DNA of 64,000 bases. Origin: Bdellovibrionales bacterium. Its GTDB lineage: Bacteria; Bdellovibrionota; Bdellovibrionia; Bdellovibrionales; UBA1609. The first letter of the stretch is position 1; every line of letters begins with the position of its first letter. Of the stretch, positions 60,039-64,000 are shown in pieces. The notes beneath the pieces were generated by a model. The model saw nothing but the letters and a program-made list of their open reading frames with translations. It was not told the origin of the DNA and made no database searches. A program made the translations under genes and the position numbers. The stretch is from the NCBI GenBank assembly GCA_016716765.1, contig JADJVA010000009.1, positions 71,013 through 135,012 of the forward strand, given 5' to 3'.

Positions 60039-61958
60039 TCATAGTGTATCGTTATTATTACGCGATCGTTCGTTTTCAATAATTCTTGCCAAGACTAGTT
60101 TTTGATATGAGACACTGCCTAGCTTTGCAAGATGGCTCTCTGGCACCAAGTGCCGTTTCTCGTCGTCTGTCAATTTTTGAAATATCTCGGTGGCGGCTGC
60201 CACCAAGGCTGTCTCTGCTGTTTTCCGACGAAGATCTAGGGTTTCGCGCCTGCGAAGTTCGTTTGCCTCTACCTGCATCTTAAGCTCGCTCATATAGGCT
60301 TCCGAAACGTAGGCTCCAGAACGTCTCAAAATGCCCATGAGAAAGCCTAACTTGGACCCGCGGCTTTTCACCTGACCTGCATCAAGATCGTAGGCAAAAG
60401 CTTCCAAGGAATCCTGAACTTCCGTCGCTAAAAGGGTACCCGTATGGAAAAGCTGGCGAATTTGTGTTCTCCCAAATCCAATGTCCTGCAAGGAAGGAGG
60501 TATCTGAATATCCGACCAATCAATGGGGAGATCTATTGGTGTTGATGAAAATGACGGGTTGGTTTCTGATGTTGTGTTGTTAGTAGTAGTAGCTTTTTTG
60601 ATTAAATTTACACTACTACTACTAGAGGGCGTTGTGTCCGGTAACGTGTTCGCTTTGTGTTCGCTTTGAGGGGTTTTTGTGTTCGCTTTAGAGGTCATTT
60701 GTATGGCGAGATAGCCGTCAAAATGCTGATCTGGAACGCCAAATTCGATGAGACATCCCCTTCCTAATCCAAGCGGTCTTTTTGTTAAAAAGCCGTCTAG
60801 TTTCATCCGTTGTGTCGTTGTTTTTACCGACCCAAGCCTAATATTTGAAGCCTTTGCGAGGTATTCATGAGTTGTTGAAATCGTGCGGCTTCTTGATTGC
60901 AAACAGAGCTCAAGAATGCTTTCAAAGATCTTTAAGCGATTGCCTGAAAGATTTTGCACGGAGTGTTCAGTTCGAAAAATGTGGCTAGACGGTGTGTTCG
61001 GGTTTTGTGTCCAGTGTAGTGTTCGCTTTGTGTTCGCGTTGTGTTCGCTATCTGTGTTCGACTCATGTTGTGTTCGCTTTGTGTTCGCTTTGTGTTCGCT
61101 ATCTGTGTTCGCATTTGTCAAGCTCTTGCCAGCATCTAAAATTTCAAATTCTGAGTAATTTTTAGAGTATTGAGGCTGCCGTTTGTGTTTCTCTGATAAA
61201 GATTGTGTTCGCTTTAATGTTTTTTTGTGTTCGCTATCGTTTTGATTTAAAGCAACTACATCTCTACTTGTGTTCGCTATTTGTGTTCGGTTAAGCTCTG
61301 CGTTCTGTTCCGTTTCCGACCTACTGTCAGAGTCTAAATTACTTGAATTATTACTATTATCAAAAACCGTGTTCGCTATTCGTGTTCGCTTTTCTAGTGG
61401 AATGTGTTCGCTATTCGTGTTCGCTTTTCTCAGAAGATCTAGGTAGGTCTGCTCTTTAGATGTGTCCGATTTGTGTTCGTTATTTGTGTTCGCTTTCTGT
61501 GTTCGTATGATCTCCTGCGAAGGGTCTTTTGGAGTGAGAATCGACTTTGAAAAACCAAGGTGATTGCCATTTAGGTCTGCATTCTCAGCGAATTTGTGTT
61601 CGCTATCGTCGCTATTTGTGTTCGCTATTTGTGTTCGCTTTTTCAGAGGCACATCAGAAGCCTCAGAATTGAAAACTACCATGTCACTGGCTAGGGGTAA
61701 TCCAGCGTGGTCTGCCGACAATCCTCGATCGTTTAAATCGATATCAAGATTGAATTCAATCTTAGGATCAGTGACTATCAAAGGCTTCGCATCATCCTCA
61801 AGATTTGCAGAAGTCTCTTTACTAGAATCTCTTTTCTCTTCGCTAGCTTTCAAAGAGGCCATGGTCTCCTTTATTCCATAGCCTCTTTTTCCAGTGCGCA
61901 CCGAGGGCACCTTTGGTCCCTTCGATGCCTTTTCTAGGAGATCGTCAAGCTTAGCCAT
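60039..61958 (-). CDS. 639-aa putative replication-initiator or centromere-binding protein (winged-helix) whose gene contains a dense DNA repeat array
   Basis: wHTH-like RLKIFESILELCLQSRSRTISTTHEYLAKASNIRLGSVKTTTQRMKLDGFLTK. Conserved-looking C-terminal domain (LQDIGFGRTQIRQLF...SKLGFLMGILRRSGAYVSEAYM). Lies 19 nt downstream of parA. The N-terminal two thirds are low complexity, generated by the GTGTTCGC array. Confidence 0.55.
   Translation of the reverse strand: MAKLDDLLEKASKGPKVPSVRTGKRGYGIKETMASLKASEEKRDSSKETSANLEDDAKPLIVTDPKIEFNLDIDLNDRGLSADHAGLPLASDMVVFNSEASDVPLKKRTQIANTNSDDSEHKFAENADLNGNHLGFSKSILTPKDPSQEIIRTQKANTNNEHKSDTSKEQTYLDLLRKANTNSEHIPLEKRTRIANTVFDNSNNSSNLDSDSRSETEQNAELNRTQIANTSRDVVALNQNDSEHKKTLKRTQSLSEKHKRQPQYSKNYSEFEILDAGKSLTNANTDSEHKANTKRTQHESNTDSEHNANTKRTLHWTQNPNTPSSHIFRTEHSVQNLSGNRLKIFESILELCLQSRSRTISTTHEYLAKASNIRLGSVKTTTQRMKLDGFLTKRPLGLGRGCLIEFGVPDQHFDGYLAIQMTSKANTKTPQSEHKANTLPDTTPSSSSSVNLIKKATTTNNTTSETNPSFSSTPIDLPIDWSDIQIPPSLQDIGFGRTQIRQLFHTGTLLATEVQDSLEAFAYDLDAGQVKSRGSKLGFLMGILRRSGAYVSEAYMSELKMQVEANELRRRETLDLRRKTAETALVAAATEIFQKLTDDEKRHLVPESHLAKLGSVSYQKLVLARIIENERSRNNNDTL
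60634..61638. repeat. iteron-like array: about 26 direct copies of GTGTTCGC (plus degenerate copies), all in one orientation
   Basis: Hand count of 21 exact GTGTTCGC. They start at 60646, 60657, 60679, 61019, 61030, 61041, 61070, 61081, 61092, 61105, 61205, 61227, 61270, 61369, 61382, 61404, 61417, 61486, 61596, 61618 and 61631. Five one-mismatch copies start at 60994, 61054, 61283, 61473 and 61499. Confidence 0.9.
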
Positions 61959-61976
61959 GTCCCGTCTGCCTTAGGC

Positions 61977-62950
61977 TTACTGACTTACATCAGCTGGAAG
62001 TTTGGAAAGACCAATGATCTCGTCTACGAGTTGAGCTATGTCTTTATAGAAATTCGAGGTTGGAGACAGGTCAGACTGTCCAGACTGAACACGATTTATC
62101 GTATTGTCTGCTCGAATTACCGTGGAAAAGAGCTCTGCTTTCGTGTTACTTTCTAAGGTTCCAAGGGATTCCTTTAAGGATACGACCCAGCCGAGCTGAG
62201 ACGACAGGCGATTGTCCAGTTGGTTGATGAGAATTCTCACCTCTGGCTGGTAGAATTCATATTCCATCAACCATTCTCGCAAAGATTCAAGAGTCATCTG
62301 GACTCCTTCGATACTAAATCTGGTCAAAAGAGTGGGAATAATAATGAGATCTGCTGCCAAACTTCCAAGAAAATTGATCTGTGAAAAACTAGGCGACATG
62401 TCAAAAATAACAAAATTGGAATTCTGATCCTTAATGAGATTTCCAACGTAGGTTGCAGGATTTTTCTGAAAGCCACTCAGCTCAGTTTCAAGACGTGAGT
62501 TGAGGAGACTAGATGGCAGCACCTTAAGCCGTCATCAACATCAACAACAGCATCTTCGATACTGCACTTTCCAGTGATAACATCGTGGAGCACGTACCTG
62601 ATCTTCTTTTGAAGACTTTCGTCATTGAGAAAAAACATGGTACTGTTTGCTTGTGGGTCCAAATCAACCACAAGTACCTCAAAACCGAGGTCTACCATTC
62701 TCCGGGCCATGGAAGTGGCGATCGAGGTCTTGCCTACTCCACCCTTATTGTTGCTAATCGCGATTGTCTTCTTGTTCGAATAGCTAATGCCGCGGTGGCT
62801 GAAGAGCTTTCGTACAGCCGCTCGCGTGTACATTCTTGTTCTCCCCTTGAGACTTGATTCTTCATCAAGAATATTGAGGGCCTTGCTTAAAGCGCTAATT
62901 CGCTGAGGAGTCACACTTAACGAATCCGATAGTTCTTGCGTGGAAATCAT
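61977..62950 (-). pseudogene. parA: ParA/Soj-family partition ATPase with N-terminal HTH, interrupted by a 1-nt frameshift near 62520
   Basis: GGAGGTAGGTTT-ATG start. Deviant Walker A AISNNKGGVGKTSIA. ORF 62477-62950 ends ..VVDVDDGLR and ORF 61977-62522 resumes VLPSSLLNSRLETELSG..FVIFDMSPS, a contiguous ParA sequence in a different frame. Confidence 0.8.
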
Positions 62951-63347
62951 AAACCTACCTCCATTGGGTGGCTTTCGTAATTGGCCTGCTATTTCGAATA
63001 AAGGCCCTATTTGACATTATCGTGAAATAGTATTGCGCTTGGGTAAAGGAAAATTTTCTCTTTACTCTTCTTAAGTCTAATGGCGTCAGCAATAAATACT
63101 ATAGCCCGGCTATTGAGATTGGCTGAAGGTGAACAATCCGCCTTTGCTCTGAGCTCGAACAAAAGCGTTGATTAATACATCGTACCTAACTTTGGCGAAT
63201 CTCAAAACCGCGCGACAAATTCCAATACTGAGAAATCAATTGCGCAAGTCCGAAGCCCGATCAGGACCCGTCGCATCGCATTGTTTTCCTGGTAGAATGG
63301 AGCAGTTCTGAAAAAAGTGACATTTTCTAGCTGGATAAGGTTCACCC

Positions 63348-63804
63348 ATGCTGCCTGATAGAACACATCAAATCTTTGTGCCCTATCTTGTGCTCGCCTT
63401 GATTTCTTCCTTCTCTTGTAGCATTGACACCACAATCAGGGGAGTTATCGGACTTCCTCTAGAAAATGATCTTCTTAATTCGACCATTTCATTTTCAGGC
63501 TCGGCCATTGCCGACAACACATTCCAGGTAGAGGTCACTGTTCTGCTCAAAAACTCAAATGGATCATCTATTGTCGGATCTCATCTAAACCTGGAAATTG
63601 AAAGTGGAGATGGAGTCACAGTGCTTGGGTCCGTACTCCGATTCAGACATCAATGGAAGGTCTTTATGCGTTATCACTACTTATGTACCAGGTACAAAGA
63701 CCATACGAGTATTCGGTATTAATCCCTCAGTCATGCTTCGAAACTCGATTGAGTTTGTACCCCTTTTAACTGTTGGCCCCGTCTATCTAGCCAACAAGGA
63801 CTGA
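63348..63804 (+). pseudogene. lipoprotein with bacterial Ig-like (Big_1-type) domain, frameshifted near 63625
   Basis: Lipobox LISSFSC. ADNTFQVEVTVLLKNSNGSSIVGSHLNLEIESGDGVTVLG continues in another frame as ..SDSDINGRSLCVITTYVPGTKTIRVFG, the second half of an invasin/intimin-type Ig domain. Confidence 0.5.
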
Positions 63805-64000
63805 AATACCTATGTCAAAGACGCTGGACCTCGTCTAGACGAGTATTCTCAGTTAGATGTCACATGTGCGACGGGAGCGAGACTGGTCCCTACACTTGTA
63901 TTCATGGAGGCGAGAAACGCAAGGTAACAGTCACGGGTCATAGCAGTTGTTTGGATCTCAATCTTGCTGAATTGCTAGGAGCGTTTGACTGAGAATATAA

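Noticed and set aside
60634-61638. Could the dense short repeats be a CRISPR array or a genuine protein-level tandem repeat?
   Set aside because: Units are only 8-11 bp with 0-8 bp between them, so there are no spacers of uniform 25-40 bp and no cas genes; it is not CRISPR. The same nucleotide unit is read in three different frames, so the peptide 'repeats' (SEHK/ANT/RTQ) are a by-product of a DNA repeat rather than a folded protein repeat.

Overview
64-kb window from an AT-rich, compositionally mosaic genome with Gram-negative export signals (lipoboxes, Tat and Sec signals). I cannot name the taxon from reading alone. No rRNA, tRNA or CRISPR array was found.

Contents in order:
- 1-2.15 kb: partial IS21-family element (istA, broken istB) in a GC-rich foreign segment.
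- 2.9-4.3 kb: a secreted hypothetical and an SRAP/YedK peptidase.
- 4.4-9.6 kb: five translationally coupled genes. These are an FbpABC-like Fe(III) ABC importer, a 77-aa membrane peptide and a radical SAM/SPASM enzyme.
- 9.6-16.2 kb: arylsulfotransferase-like propeller, a polytopic four-His membrane protein, a DUF1513-like Tat protein, YaiI, and a lipoprotein with a 399-bp in-frame tandem duplication.
- 16.2-19.0 kb: a tpl-tnaA pair (tyrosine phenol-lyase, then tryptophanase).
- 19.2-37 kb: discoidin/GH15-like hydrolase, ABCD-type ABC transporter, TetR, secreted hypotheticals, beta-carbonic anhydrase, CBS-PAS protein, MscS, two more four-His membrane paralogs, a Tat-lipoprotein class-V PLP enzyme and a SASA-type esterase.
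- 38.2-47.2 kb: nine contiguous genes covering the whole shikimate pathway plus chorismate mutase, prephenate dehydratase and prephenate dehydrogenase.
- 47.4-53.8 kb: accessory zone with a 465-bp cassette bounded by 68-bp inverted repeats, a gene cut by a frameshifted IS66, and a 5'-truncated IS4/IS1634 transposase.
- 53.8-57 kb: a 1059-aa NHL-repeat lipoprotein.
- 58.5-63 kb: plasmid/phage-like maintenance module with an integrase-like fragment, a HicB-like/excisionase-HTH protein, a frameshifted parA and a 639-aa wHTH protein.

The strongest oddity is in that 639-aa ORF. It carries about 26 same-strand copies of GTGTTCGC at roughly 11-bp spacing, read in all three frames.

Other leads are the rSAM/peptide/iron-importer operon, the four-His membrane paralog family and the long-IR cassette. 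All functional calls come from reading motifs by eye, with no database search.
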